A stretch of 64,000 nucleotides of DNA from assembly GCA_964187785.1 (NCBI GenBank), contig OZ076410.1:95418001-95482000 (forward strand), read 5' to 3'. This document shows, in pieces, positions 1 to 12,700 of this stretch. Origin of the DNA: Amphiscolops sp. MND2022 (Eukaryota). Every line of letters starts with the position of its first letter. Positions within the stretch are counted from its first letter, which is position 1. The notes beneath the pieces are model-generated. The model ran no database searches and was not told the DNA's origin. It was given only the letters and a program-made list of their open reading frames with translations. A program made the position numbers and the translations under genes.

Positions 1-2445
1 CCACTCATCTAGCAGTCGAATTCGTGGGTAGTTGATGAAGCACATGATGATCAACTCTAACCATCAGCCACGTTTCACTTTACCTCTATACCAGTCGATT
101 AGGTGGAAACACAAAAATAGATTTTCCGTAGTGGAAGTCCCCGAGCAGCGTCATGATTTGGCGAGGCGTCAACAGGCATTGCTGAAGAGGCCGTGTGATC
201 GTAAGACAACTTATCATGGGTCTGAAAACAAGTAATCATTAGACCGGTAGTTTAACTGATCGTTAAGTAGTGAGTACAAACCACGAGTTCCCTAAGTGAA
301 CCCGTTAGAGGATAACAACATTAAGTAATGATAAATTAAGGGGATGCTTAAGGCATAAATTACCAGGGACTTACATGTGAGGTTTTTAGAGAAAAGAAAA
401 AGAAGCGCTTAGGACGCTGCTAAACAAAACAACAAAGATTTGATACCTTGGTTCACCGCAAAGTTCGTGCCGGCTGCTGTATTAACAATGGAGATGACAC
501 TAAAGTGGTTTGGTACCTACTTCGATACCCAATATTGACACATACGTACACTGGTCTTTCCGGGTCCAGTATAGGAAAAATGATCGATGGGAGACTTCTA
601 TGTCTTCACGCCACGATATTAGCTTCTTCAGGCAGAGCAGAAAGCCATCCGCTACCAGCGGCGCACGCTGATTTGCACGGGTTATCATTAGGTTAATTGT
701 TTGTGAGGGTTTATTCGTGATCGAGGGAGTTAAGGCTAATATCTCTTCTACTTGTGGACGCAACGAGAAGACCTGTTCCATGCCACAATCACGTAGTACA
801 TAGCGCAGTGCGGCCGAAATTGTCTCCAATTCCGCTGGGCATTCCAGAGAATGTGACCTTTGGCTTGTAAGAAGTCAGTGGCTTCGTATAAAATGTATTC
901 CACCACGTCAGGACGTATATTACCTAGGTATACGATTTCTTTCTCAGGTCCATTGTCAGGGGTAGGCACACACGCGGTGTGCGCCCTTGTATCGCGGCTA
1001 TGTCTTGCCATACAGAACGTGATAGCGGTTGGTTTTTCACATTCGCTCGCACCCATGTGTCCAGTGTGCTCACCGCTGCCTTAACGTGCAGTGGTTCCTC
1101 AAAAGTGTGGGTCCACTCATCTAGCAGTCGAATTCGTGGGTAGTTGATGAAGCACATGATGATCAACTCTAACCATCAGCCACATTTCACTTTACCTCTA
1201 TACCAGTCGATTAGGTGGAAACACAAAAATAGATTTTCCGTAGTGGAAGTCCTCGAGCAGCGTCATGATTTGGCGAGGCGTCAACAGGCATTGCTGAAGT
1301 GGCCATGTGATCGTAAGACATCTTATCATGGGTCTGAAAACAAGTAATCAATAGATCGGTAGTTTAACTGATCGTTAAGCAGTGAGTACAAACCACGAGT
1401 TCCATGAGTGAACCCGTTAGAGGATAACAACATTAAGTAATGATAAATTAAGGGGATGCTTAAGGCATAAATTACCAGGGACTTACATGTGAGGTTTTTA
1501 GAGAAAAGAAAAAGAAGCGCTTAAGGCGCTGCTAAACAAAACAACATAGATTTGATACCTTGGTTCACCGCAAAGTTCGTGCCGGCTGCTGTATCAACAC
1601 TGGAGATGACACTAAAGTGGTTTGGTACCTACCTCGATACCCAATATTGACACATACACACGATGGTGTAGCACTACACAGGTGTTAGTTCCCGCGAACA
1701 AGTCCATCATCATTTGATTTACGTCAGCCAAAAAGTACACTGGTCTTTCCGGGTCCAGTATAGGAAAAATGATCGATGGGAGACTTCTATGTCTTCACGC
1801 CACGATATTAGCTTCTTCAGGCAGAGCAGAAAGCCATCCGCTACCAGCGGCGCACGCTGATTTGCACGGGTTATCATTAGGTTAATTGTTTGTGAGGGTT
1901 TATTCGTGATCGAGGGAGTTAAGGCTAATATCTCTTCTACTCGTGGACGCAACGAGAAGACCTGTTCCATGCCACAATCACGTAGTACATAGCGCAGTGC
2001 GGCCGAAATTTTCTCCAAGTCCGCTGGGCATTCCAGAGAATGTGACCTTTGGCTTGTAAGAAGTCAGTGGCATCGTTTAAGATGTATTCCACCACATCAG
2101 GACGTAGATTACCTGGGTATACGATTTCTTTCTCAGGTTCATTGTCAGGGGGTAGGCACACGCGCGGTGTGCGCTCTTGTATAGCGGCTATGTCTTGCCA
2201 TACAGAACGTGGTAGCGCTTGGTTGTTCACATTCGCTCGCACCCATGTGTCCAGTGTGCTCACCGCTGCCTTAACGTGCAGTGGTTCCTCAAAAGTCTGC
2301 GTCCACTCATCTAGCAATCGAATTCGTGGGTAGTTGATGAAGCACATGATGATCAACTCTAACCATCAGCCACATTTTACTTTACCTCTATACCAGTCGT
2401 TTAGGAGGAAACACAAAATTAGATTTTCCGTAGTGGAAGTCCTCA
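1..2445. repeat. Tandem repeat, ~1.1-1.2 kb unit (two full copies ~143-1254 and ~1255-2444, plus the tail of a third at 1-142)
   Basis: CCACTCATCTAGCA recurs at 1, 1113 and 2303. The copies differ by scattered substitutions and a 77-bp indel near 1655-1735. Confidence 0.95.
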
Positions 2446-2972
2446 GACTTTCCAAACATAGTAGCAGATGGCGTGGGTTCACTAGCTTGTAAATGCGTGG
2501 AGCAGTTACCAATAACCACCAGTGCGGGGCGGGACTGTAGACGCCGCCTGGTTCTACTTCTACTCCGTATCGGTCGAGTAGCAGGTCAGCAGTAATGCAT
2601 CTGGCTATTTGCACTGGTTCTCTTTTGAAGTTGAACGGACCGAATACGATGTTAGGTGGTACCGGGGAACCACGGTTGCTAACATGAACTCAAGGCTTTT
2701 GCCGTCACTTGTCCACTCCTTGAATCGAGGGCACAGCGCCTTTGCAACCCTTGGCACTGCAATTTGTTGCAAAACTGTTTCAGCTGGGTAAATGTCAGTT
2801 CTTTCTAGACCAGCGAAGGTCTTTTCCGCTCGTACAATGATGTGGTTAACTAGCACCTCTATTTGTCCTCCCTCTGGGGGGACTACCCGGGCTCCAATGT
2901 GAACCTCTCGCGGTTCTCATTTACGGCTAGTACGCATACGCAGTCACGTAAACCACACGTGCCACATTTGTA
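1937..2972 (-). pseudogene. Orphan post-integrase domain of element A (frameshifted)
   Basis: YKCGTCGLRDC at 2940-2972, then ...KEWTSDGKSLEF..., CITADLLLDRYG and YPRIRLLDEWT...LDTW...VWQD, each matching ORF 62003-62959. Confidence 0.8.
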
Positions 2973-3922
2973 TCAGGGCTGTCGTTTCTGCCCTAGCTGA
3001 TACCGGTCTTGTGATCCTGTCTGGGTCTTCGATTTTGGTGCTGAAGTCACGGTTCTAGCCGGGACTTTCCGCTGACGGGGCAACAGTATCTTCTTACGAG
3101 GTCTCTCCCTCCCCCTTTTGGCAGAAGGAGCGTTGGGGTTTCGGCCTTGCTACCGCGGTCTCATCAATCGAAGGCGAGGATGGACGGGACAGGGACATGT
3201 TTGAGGCCTCTGCCTGATTGGGCCAAATGGGGTAGTTGCTGAGGTAGTCAGTGAGAGATGGGTGGGTCAGCAACGAAGCAGACGTACCCGCCAGGGAGTG
3301 CTCTGGAGGGTTGTCTGACGGTGAAAGCTGTGGCGACGGTGAGCGCGCGAGCTCATGGTCAGAAAACAATTGTTGGAGGCAGTCTTGAAACGATACCTCA
3401 GACTGAGGATCGGGAAGCACAGGGTCAGCGGGTGGATCGTGAAGTAACACTGAGTGCTCCGGGTCTTGAAGATAAGTAGGGATGGGGAGCATAGCTTCCG
3501 AAGGTTCAACGTCTGTTCTGACGTTGAGTAGTCAAACTGTTGATACTGCTGTCGAGATCCTCCAGCACCGAGTTTAGTGCGGAATCGAGTGTTCATCCAG
3601 TGCCGTCGACAAGAAGGCAGTGAAACATTCGAGGCTTATGAAAACAATTGTTCAGATTTATAAGACGGTTTGGACAAGTCTTCATTTAGGGGTTCAATGG
3701 AGCGCTCGGGTTCGGGATCCGTGACGACGGCGATTTTGCCGGTATCAAGGGGGGTGGTGGGAACTCCGTGGGGCCACTGTGATTCTGTTTTAGACGTTCA
3801 GAATGGACTTTATGTCCGGTGTACAATATGTACACACGCCCATCTTGCAGCACGTGAGCCAAACGGTGCGGGCCGCGCTAAGCGCACATGAACTTGGGCG
3901 AACCCTTTTGGGGACCGTACCG

Positions 3923-4817
3923 TCAATAAACCCAGACAAGGTTGCCTTGCTTGTAGGCCTTGGCTCGTATCGCGCGGTCGTATTTGAGCTTTTGACGCAA
4001 CTGAGCCTGGTAATTGTTGCGTCGTACCAAGTCATGAATTTCCTGTTGGCGGGCCAAAACATGGTCCACATACCCTTCATGAGTAGGGAATGACTGAGTT
4101 GCAACTCTCTCAGTGCCACGTGTCAACATGTAGGGAGAAAACCCTGTGGTGGTGTGTCGGGTAGAATTGTATGCACCAAGTACTTCATCTAGGTGCCTGT
4201 CCCAGTTCCGCATTCGGCGGGAACAAAAGACTCGCAGTAGGGTGAGCAGTGTGAATTTTTGACGCTCTACTAGGCCCTGGGTACGTAGGTGGCCAGTGGT
4301 AGAAGTTACTTCGGTAACCTGCGAGGCCTTCATGAACTCATTTGAGACTTCGGCAGTTAAGTTAGGCGCATTTTCAGACTGCAGGCGTTTGGGTGTGCCT
4401 TGATGGGCAAAACGTTTTTGAGGTAGTAAGACAGAGGTGGTAATTGCGTCGTACTCGTAGTGACTGCACGGTACGGGTTCGGCCAATTTGGAGAAGCGAT
4501 CAATTATGACTAAGATCCCTGTGTAGCCATCATCGGAGGGGCAGAGTTTCATGTAGTCATAATGGACCAACTCGTTAAACTACCCGCTCTGAATGTTCTT
4601 GAGGTGGAAACGGACATCGCCAGGTTTGTCGCGAACCTGTTGGCAAGTCAGGCACTGACTGACGTAATCCCCAACGGTGCGAAGGATTCCAGGCCAGGTC
4701 TTGTATACGCGCTACAACTTTGCTGATTCCTTGATGACCTATTGCATCGTGTGCACGAAAAAGAATTTCGTGTTGGTTCAGCTGAGGCATCACAATCATG
4801 TCGGGCCGTTCATGCAA
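3923..4817 (-). pseudogene. Gypsy integrase (zinc-binding part and core), element A
   Basis: RAHDAIGHQG; GILVIIDRFSKLAEPVP; LQSENAPNL; QGLVERQ; VLGAYNSTRHTTTGFSPY. Confidence 0.92.
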
Positions 4818-5579
4818 CAGCCGCTGTGATGGAAGATACTTCGAACGAAGAACGCCGTTGGAGTTAAGGAACAGCAGTTCCTTCCTCTGTTTGAAATAAA
4901 TGCGGGCAAAAGCACGTACGTATTCCGGAAAGATCTCTTGGTAATGTTTTCGTTGTTGACCAGTTTTTTGAGTGCCAAGATGTGAACATCTCGGTTTTGC
5001 GCTAGCCCTAAACCCTTGATACCATGGACAGTGTGGGCACGCTCGTGAAGCTCAGTGCTGATGTTCCGAATGGCCAGGACTGCCGTCATGATATTGGTGG
5101 GAGCGTTCTGCAGTACAGCTCCGCTGGCTTCGGCCAGCGCGTAGGTGGTACGTGATGCGACGTTGGTTACGTGCGTAGGTAGGAAGTAATCGTGGCTTGC
5201 CTCTTCGGTTACATCTATCCAGTCTTCCGGATAGTCGGGATAAATGTCTTCGTGGGCGTGTAGCACTGGTGGGGAAGGCGACGGCAGAGGTGCCTGCAGA
5301 TCCTCCTTTTTCTTTTCTCGTTGCTCGATTAGTTGCGTTCGACGAATGACGCACTGAACCAAGTTGGGAGGGGTGGGTTGTAGTTTCTGCAAGTGTGACG
5401 GTAGGTCATGGTGGTTGAGAATGATCCGCCCCGGTACGTCAAATTATGGCGCAGTGGTTAGGTTACTCGTCTTGAGACAAAAAGTTCCAGCGCTCCGCTA
5501 CGGGAGGTAGTGTTTCGAGCGGTTGTTCGCGCCATCGATAGTCATTGGTTCGTTTGGATAGGCCATCGGCATTGCGATG

Positions 5580-6830
5580 TTATGTCCTAGGTCGGTGTTC
5601 GACGCGGAAGTGGTACTTCTCAAGTGCCATTTTCCAGCGGCCAATGAGGGCTTGATCAGTCGAATAGGTTTTCAACCACGACAGTGCCTGATTGTCGCGT
5701 CTCAAAGTGAACGTTCGTGGGCACAGATAGCTGTGGTTCTTCACAATGAAGTGGTAGGCGGCGTACATTTCTAACTTGGGTGCTCCGTACTTCGCCTGGG
5801 TAGCAGTCAACTTTTTATGGCCATATACGATGGGTCGGACACGCCTGTCTCCGGGTGGTCCTTGCCACTGGTGAAGTATTCCAGAGGTGGGTACAGCGCT
5901 GGCGTCAGTGTTCAGCACGAATTCGCCTTCGGAGTCAAGCTGCGCAAGGGCAGTTGCCTCGATGAGTGCCTTTGTTATTTCATTGAAGGCCTGTCGTTGA
6001 TCAGACCCCCACGTGAACGTGGCGTTTACTCCAGTAATGGTGTTGAAAGGAGCAACCAGTTTGGCATGCCAGTGAATGAACTGACGGTAATAGTTAGCAA
6101 AACCCAAAATGCTTTGCATCTCAGTTTTGTTGCGGGGATATTTCCAGCCTCGCACTTTCGCGACGGCTTTTGGATTGGGCTTCACGCCCTCCGCTGACAC
6201 GACGCGACCCAATTACTTGATTTCGGACTTCATGAAGTCGCATATGGCTGCTAGCATTTTGAATCCAGCTTCACGCAAGCATTCAAACACTTCACGGATA
6301 CGCACCATGTGGTCCTCCACGATTTTTGTGGAAATTACAGTATCGTCAAGGTAGGCCATCACTATGCTGCCTTCCCGGTTCATGATTTTGCGTAGCGCTC
6401 GAGCTATCGCTCTCTGGAAGGTGCCAGCAGCCTTGCGCATGCCAAAAAGCATGCGTCTCTATTCAAAAAGCCCTAGTTCACAAGCAAATGCAGTTTTCTG
6501 GCGGTCGGCCTTTCGGACCGGGATTTGCCAGTAAGCCCTAGCCAAATCAATACTGATGTAGATCTTGGCTTTGCCCAATCAGTCTAAACTTTTGTCGATA
6601 CGAGGCAATGGGTAAGCGTCCTTGACGGTCACTTCATTCAGTGGGCGGAAGTAACAGCAGAAGCGCAACTCACCGTTTTTTTGACCATTACAATACCACT
6701 TGTCTAAGGATGATGCCAAATGCAAGCAATTTGCGTACTTCCTAATTGGCACGTTCTTCTTTTTCAGGGGACATGCGCCTGGCACCTTCACAGTGCGGCA
6801 CCGCGCCTGGTTCCACCTCTACAGGATGTT
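5580..6830 (-). pseudogene. Gypsy reverse transcriptase and RNase H, element A
   Basis: GELRFCC, DAYPLPRID, MAYLDD, LGFANYYRQFI, LNTDASA, KLEMYA, DNQALSWL. Confidence 0.93.
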
Positions 6831-7176
6831 TGGCTATGGTGATCGACCAATGTCAGCCTTGTGCTTTATGAACAAATCATCGAACTCTGTCAGGATGTTT
6901 TCCAACGAGGTGCTGGCCTCAGGACCCCATAACTCCTTGACCTCCTGTAGCTGTGACTCTGCTCCCGGTATGGGAGCCATAAGCTCAGGGTCTGTACGTT
7001 TCCGTATTTCACGGTCTGAAAGGCCTTCCTCAGTAGGATCCGTTGACGACAAAATCTCGAATTCAGATGAAGAAGTTAATTGAGAGTCAGTGCTGATCTT
7101 AATTTCTTCAAAAATTTTATGAACAAGAACAATATGGTCTTCATCGACCTCAGTTTTTGGTATGGCGCTGCCTGGA

Positions 7177-7876
7177 TTAGTCGTAAGATTCATTACGACG
7201 ACGAAGACGTGGCCTGTCTCGCTGACAGTGGCAACGCATTTCCTCTAAAAACACAACATTATGTAGTGAATCACGCGCAATGGCGGCATTTAACACTAAA
7301 TTTTGGAACACCACTTGTTCCGGGTTGGTGGTAACCACTTTGGCTTTTACAACCGTGCGTTCAAAAGATTGTAGCACCAACTCGCTGTCCAGAGCGACGG
7401 GAACTGCTAAAGAGGAGTCACCTACCTGGGTGTGGGCATGGTGCCAAACGAGTCGTACTGGCGCACGAACAACAATCTTCATCGACGTCAAGTCGCAGGA
7501 AGTTGCGGCCCAGCAGGAAGTTCTCGACTCCCATAGCGTCATCCGCCACCACAAAGTTCGTTTCGAGCTCGTAGCTTCCTAGCTGGAAGCGTACCTGTTC
7601 CGCCATTCTGAAGGTTTTGATGGTTTTGCCGTTGGCGGCATATAGGTCGATCTGGTAGGGCTTTAACGTGGGACCGGTCTGAACAGCATATCGGTTGAAG
7701 ACAGAGAAAGTCAAGATAGACACTCCGGAGCCAGTGTCAACCAGACCTCGCAATGGAATAGATGCCGCATGGGGCACAAAGAATGATACGACAAGCGATG
7801 CACGCTCACCTATTCGCGCTTCGCCAGTGGGTTCCTGACGGCTGATGTTGTAGCTTCTGAGCTCTTGTGGACCCAA
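7177..7876 (-). pseudogene. Retropepsin protease and following dUTPase-like spacer, element A
   Basis: LRGLVDTGSGVSIL catalytic motif and FLLGRNFL. Confidence 0.9.
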
Positions 7877-8089
7877 GCATATGGCGGAGGGGATACATCA
7901 ACTACCACGCAGGCTTCGAACTTTACATCTACGCCATCCATGGGGGCACAAATGGGTGTATGTGGTCAGCATGTCGGAATCTCCGGGAATTCATTCGAAT
8001 TTGATCTCGCAAAATACCGAAACAAACATCCTGAAAACGAGAACCGGAAAAAAACGAAAAACGACATTGATTAGTTTTTTTCAAGGAAA

Positions 8090-8950
8090 GGTGTGTTTTG
8101 CTTGGTGATTTCGGAAATCTTGTTTTGTCTTGGAATCTTGAGCAATTCCAGTCTTTACATTTATGGGGAGCTCTCCATTTTTCAATACGTTCCAATTTCA
8201 TTTTCTCCGAGTTTTAATAAGTATTTTGGTTTACCGGAAAATTTTAGCGCTTTCCATACCATCAGCACCAAAAGTAGAGTGACCCAGTTCTGTATAATTC
8301 AGCTGCTTTGCCTCAGAAATCAATACTCGAGACCTTTTAGGCCATAAAGACTAAGATTAGGCCATAAAGATTTTGAAACAAAATAAATCAAAGGTACTGC
8401 TGATATCTAATAATCCAATGAATTCACTTTTCTGGTTAACGCCAACCCTCTGAAAGTTGAGCTGACACCAAGTTTTTTTTACTATGGTCTGAAATAGAAT
8501 TTTGGCTGTTGAACAACTGCTGAAGTGTAACTGCTTTTCAAAAAGTCGTTCGGTTTCACTGTGAATCTGGTTCATTAAAAGGTCACCGGTACTCAGTACC
8601 GAAATCAAACTGACGGTGGTGGCCGCCATATATTCCTTTTTTTCTCTCCAAAATTGTTCCTCCTGGCAATGCTTGTTTCTGATCTGCTGCTGCTAATATA
8701 CGCTAAAGTTACGTCGATATCTCGTTTTTGTAGCTGGCGTTCGTCATCTCATGCCTGCTGAAATTGAACAACATTTGACTTTGAAAAGCTACGATGGTTG
8801 TTCAAGGAAAACTTTAGAGTTCCTGGGTTGCGCTTTAGACAACATTGTGCTCCTTGTGCAATTTTGAAGAAAAAAACCAAATTTATTCTCCGTACCAGAG
8901 TTCGTGTACTGTCAGAAATCATGTTCAGAACAATATTTCGTGCATGCAAA
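8090..8950 (-). mobile_element. Highly decayed LINE-like ORF2 remnant
   Basis: FIGLLDISSTFD resembles the LINE RT FLDLSKAFD motif; the similarity is weak. Confidence 0.3.
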
Positions 8951-9475
8951 AATTGACTTCCCTAGTACTCAGAAAAAGTAAAGATACTTGTGTAAATTTA
9001 TTAAAGTATTTTTGATTTTTCATTGACAATTCTTTGAAATATATTTACATTCATAAAATTCGTATTTTATGCAACTTATTACACATGTTTTCATTGTTCA
9101 ACTGTTAAAACAGTCAACTGTCTTTCGGTGCATTTAAAGTTTCGAAATTGTTCTCGAAGTTTCAAATTTTCAGTACAAATGAGACAACGGCTTCCATCAA
9201 AAACAAAGCCAATCCCGTAAAAGTGGGAGCTCGAAAAGTTGAATCAATGAAATGACTATTTACACAATTATTGATTACATACAACTTCCAATTCACTGAA
9301 CTGATGCTTCATACAATTTTTTAATTGCTTATATCTAATACGAGGCTTCTAATACAAAACCATTCAATCAGTTAGACTTCTCAAAGTGAAAATGCGTTTT
9401 TTCACCCTGCCGTTTAGCATCAGAAAAGTTGAAAGGAAGAAGTTTCAAAAAATTGAATGCTTCACTTGTTGCATG

Positions 9476-9481
9476 TTTATT
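9476..9481 (-). promoter_or_regulatory. Candidate polyadenylation signal AATAAA of the host gene
   Basis: TTTATT on the plus strand, about 80 nt after the stop codon. Confidence 0.5.
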
Positions 9482-9560
9482 GTTTTGTGCTTCGGCTAAC
9501 GTAGATATTGAAAACATCACGGTAGGTTTATGGTGAATGGAACATTACACCCTCCATTTC

Positions 9561-9764
9561 TCAGATAAGTTGCATGGACGACAAGAGAAGAACGCCCAGA
9601 ACAAGCATCGGAGTTGTCTCCCAGATTGCTCCATTTTCTTTCTTTTCACTCGTTCCACATGTGGGGCATGTAGTCTGCTGTTGACCTGTAGTCTGCTGTT
9701 GACCTGTAGTTTGCGGTTGACCTGTAGTCTGTGGTGGGGCTGAAGGGTCCGATCCCCACTCCAA
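9561..9764 (-). CDS. Terminal exon LEWGSDPSAPP(QTTGQ)n...ENGAIWETTPMLVLGVLLLSSMQLI*
   Basis: Acceptor TTTTTCTTTTATTCAG, phase 0; GPI-signal-like end; AATAAA about 80 nt downstream. Confidence 0.85.
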   Translation of the reverse strand: MEWGSDPSAPPQTTGQPQTTGQQQTTGQQQTTCPTCGTSEKKENGAIWETTPMLVLGVLLLSSMQLI

Positions 9765-12700
9765 CTGAATAAAAGAAAAAGATTGTTTCAAAAGCACGTT
9801 GTTAACTGGTGATTCAAAAAATTTTGTCATTCCATGTGAATTTCTCGTAAATTTTCAGTATTGTTCGAAGTCAAAAACATACGAAACACTAATCGCCCGT
9901 TACATAGTTGCTTCATGAACCTAGGATGTAGAGATATGCGTATAAGGACTGAACATTGGATACAGTAAAAGTGTTCAAAACTAATGGGCGTTTGAATAAA
10001 GCTGGATTTTTGCTAGTCTGTGAGGGGCGTGTGAACTGGATGACGCTAATAGTTTTTTCTTGTTTCTGGTAACCAAGATAACAGCATAACCTGATTTACC
10101 TCGTAAACATTGTTACAGACATCCTGCACCTCCGGCCCGGCCATGTTTTGAGATTGGCCATCAGTTGCGCCAACCATCTCATCATACTATAACATTCAGT
10201 CTTCTCAACATATTCGTGCTACAAACTCGTTCTTGACCTACCAAAGACACTTTGCGCTCATGTTCGGTAGAAATCGGAGGAATCTGATCCATCAATTGAG
10301 TTATAGTTAACTCGAGAGAGGTTATCAGAAAGCGGCGAAACTGAAACTTCGGTTTGAAAAGAAAGACAAAACAGATTCGATACTTAAAATTACAACCTTT
10401 CACTATAGGGAAGACGGATTGACAGAAAATTATTCATTAAACCGCGTATATTAACGGAAAGTCCTAGAACCAGTATCTTTTTTGGCTATAAAGGTATCTT
10501 TTTTCATGTAGATGAGAAAGATGTCATTTTCAATTATATATTTTGGAGAAATTACTAACTCGAGCAGCTGACATGTAGAAGACGATGTTTTTGAAAACTT
10601 TGTAAGTTTCCAGAGAATTGTCTTCAGCCATCATGAAGAAGATCTCGGTATTTTCGTCTATCTCATTAAATTTGTTGAAGTTCTCTATCGTGCTAAGAAT
10701 TTCAGTTGTGCTTGGAAATTTACTGTCTGAAGCATCTGTAAAAATTGAAACACAAATTTGTGCTATTCCAATATAAACGATTTTATCATGTAATGTTATG
10801 GAAGCACTTTTCATCGAACATCTTACCGAACGCTTGCTTGAATTCGGCGGCTGCTTCGGAAGTTATGAAGTTCTCGTCCTCATCTTGGGTCTGAAAAATT
10901 GCAAATGCTTCATTGCGTTGTTCGTTGGTTAGAAGATGAAATCTAAGGTACACAAAATAGTGCTTTTTAATTTCGCGGCAACACATTTTGACGTGCGTTA
11001 CACTCTAATTTATACAACCCATTGTATGGTGGGACCGCATTCAACACTTGAGGGGCAACAGAAGAAGGGACCTGCTTTTTTGAAGAAGACGATGAAGAAA
11101 GTTAATTTCCCCAATTCTCCGCGGAGTGGACGTCGAGTAAGCAGTTCTGCTTTCCTAAGTCGGCGCCCTTTCGGATACTATCTCCCCATAGGAAGCTATG
11201 GTACCATATTGGGAACAAAATTGTCACGCTGACTTGAAGCTGTGGTTTCAAAGTGACTTGCTCAAGGTCAAAACGGTCTGACTGCTCACCTTTGCTCTTT
11301 TTGTTTTGCTTTTCTCCGCCAAATGCGTTATTTTTTGTCACTGACCATACCACTGATCTAGGGATGAAGGACTTGCTTAAGGGCCAACAATGGTGAGTTG
11401 AGAGGTTCGAACCTGATACCGCCCCATTACAGACCGAATGCTCTAACCACTACGCCATGCTCCCCCATACCTTTGTTATCTTTTTGAACGTACAGCAGCG
11501 TTGTCACACAATATAACACACTTTGCAAAGTGCAGAAAACCACACCTCAAATTCAAAGCTTTGACATATTCGAAGACAATTCAGCTGAAAAAATATGATT
11601 TCTTCTCAGCCTAGTGAAACACTTGTGCACTTACCCAACGTTCTGAATAAAAATTGTATTACCATTCTTGGGAAATCTGTAGTGACCACGGCTGGCTCTC
11701 CAGTCCTTCCGATCCAAGTGACATCTTTGTTAAGAAGGAATTTAAGTACATCAATAACACATCTATGTACATCATTCCGATAAACAAGAGTTTTCAACAT
11801 TTTAAAATCTTTTTCCCAGTTTTCACGTTTTGTTCTTTCAATTTTTTATGTCGGCACCTTTTCCTTTAAAGGAAAAAGCCCGACTATTACACTGACTAGT
11901 TTGTTTTCGTCAGACAACAGAATGTATGCGCAGTGGATACTTCTTACAGAACTACTAAACTACTGGACCGGCAACCGTAAACGCATCTCAGTTAGTCCAA
12001 AGGTCCCCCTTTCATTTTTCTATTTTAACGTACGTAAGATACAAAATCGGATGAGACTATAGGGTCCCTCCCCCTTTGATTGTTTTTGTCTCCAAAGGGC
12101 CCCCCTTCAATGTTCTTGATATTTTGCAACAAACTGGATTTTCAAAATGCCCAAAGGGTCTCTCCCCCTTCTACAATTTCAAAAAGTTTGCGATTTTTAA
12201 GCATTAGATATAGCACCGACTTTAGACGTTCTCGTCGTGTTAGAGATTGCAAATTGCGGTTTCCAATGACATTGACAACCTAAAGATGGAAGCAACTGGA
12301 AGAACAACGTAATCAAGCGGGCGGACTAGAACATTGACTTTGTAATTGGCGATATAATTTCGAACAATCAGAGTGCAACAAAGAATGCCAGAAGTGATCA
12401 CATTCAACATTCAGAGCTTTGGCACTTTTTCTACTCGTTGTTGGGACGAAAACTTCATTGGTAATATGGGTAATATGTTTGATTCCCTTGTGGCAGACAA
12501 CGAACTTTGTAAAAAGCAAATCGGAAGTTGAACCCACGAAAACACTAATGGTCTTTGCACTGTTAGACAGTGCAGGATTTCAATAACGGCGAGACTCAAA
12601 TGAAAGATTTTGAATTATGAGTGGAGTCACAAGTCTACAATAAAACACCAGAATGCTGCAATTAGAATTTTTTCCCTTTTTAATTTTTTTCCTCTATCAG

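Larger units (their letters stand above)
1..7985 (-). mobile_element. Decayed Ty3/Gypsy LTR retrotransposon A (5'-truncated; 3' end runs off the window)
   Basis: Minus-strand order protease, RT, RNase H, integrase (Gypsy order), followed by an accessory domain; many stops and frameshifts. Confidence 0.93.

Noticed and set aside
3094-7582. Plus-strand ORFs over element A (and similar antisense ORFs over C and D)
   Set aside because: Shadow frames of retrotransposon coding sequence without independent motifs.
8337-8370. TTAGGCCATAAAGA direct repeat as a target-site duplication
   Set aside because: Only 6 bp lie between the copies, so this is more likely a local slippage duplication.
11228-11360. 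Host exon SVVWSVTK...KPQLQ
   Set aside because: It lies within SINE and CORE-like sequence and has competing weak donors.
11390-11466. Functional tRNA gene (Tyr-like GTA loop)
   Set aside because: The anticodon and acceptor stems do not pair, and it continues into a SINE body.
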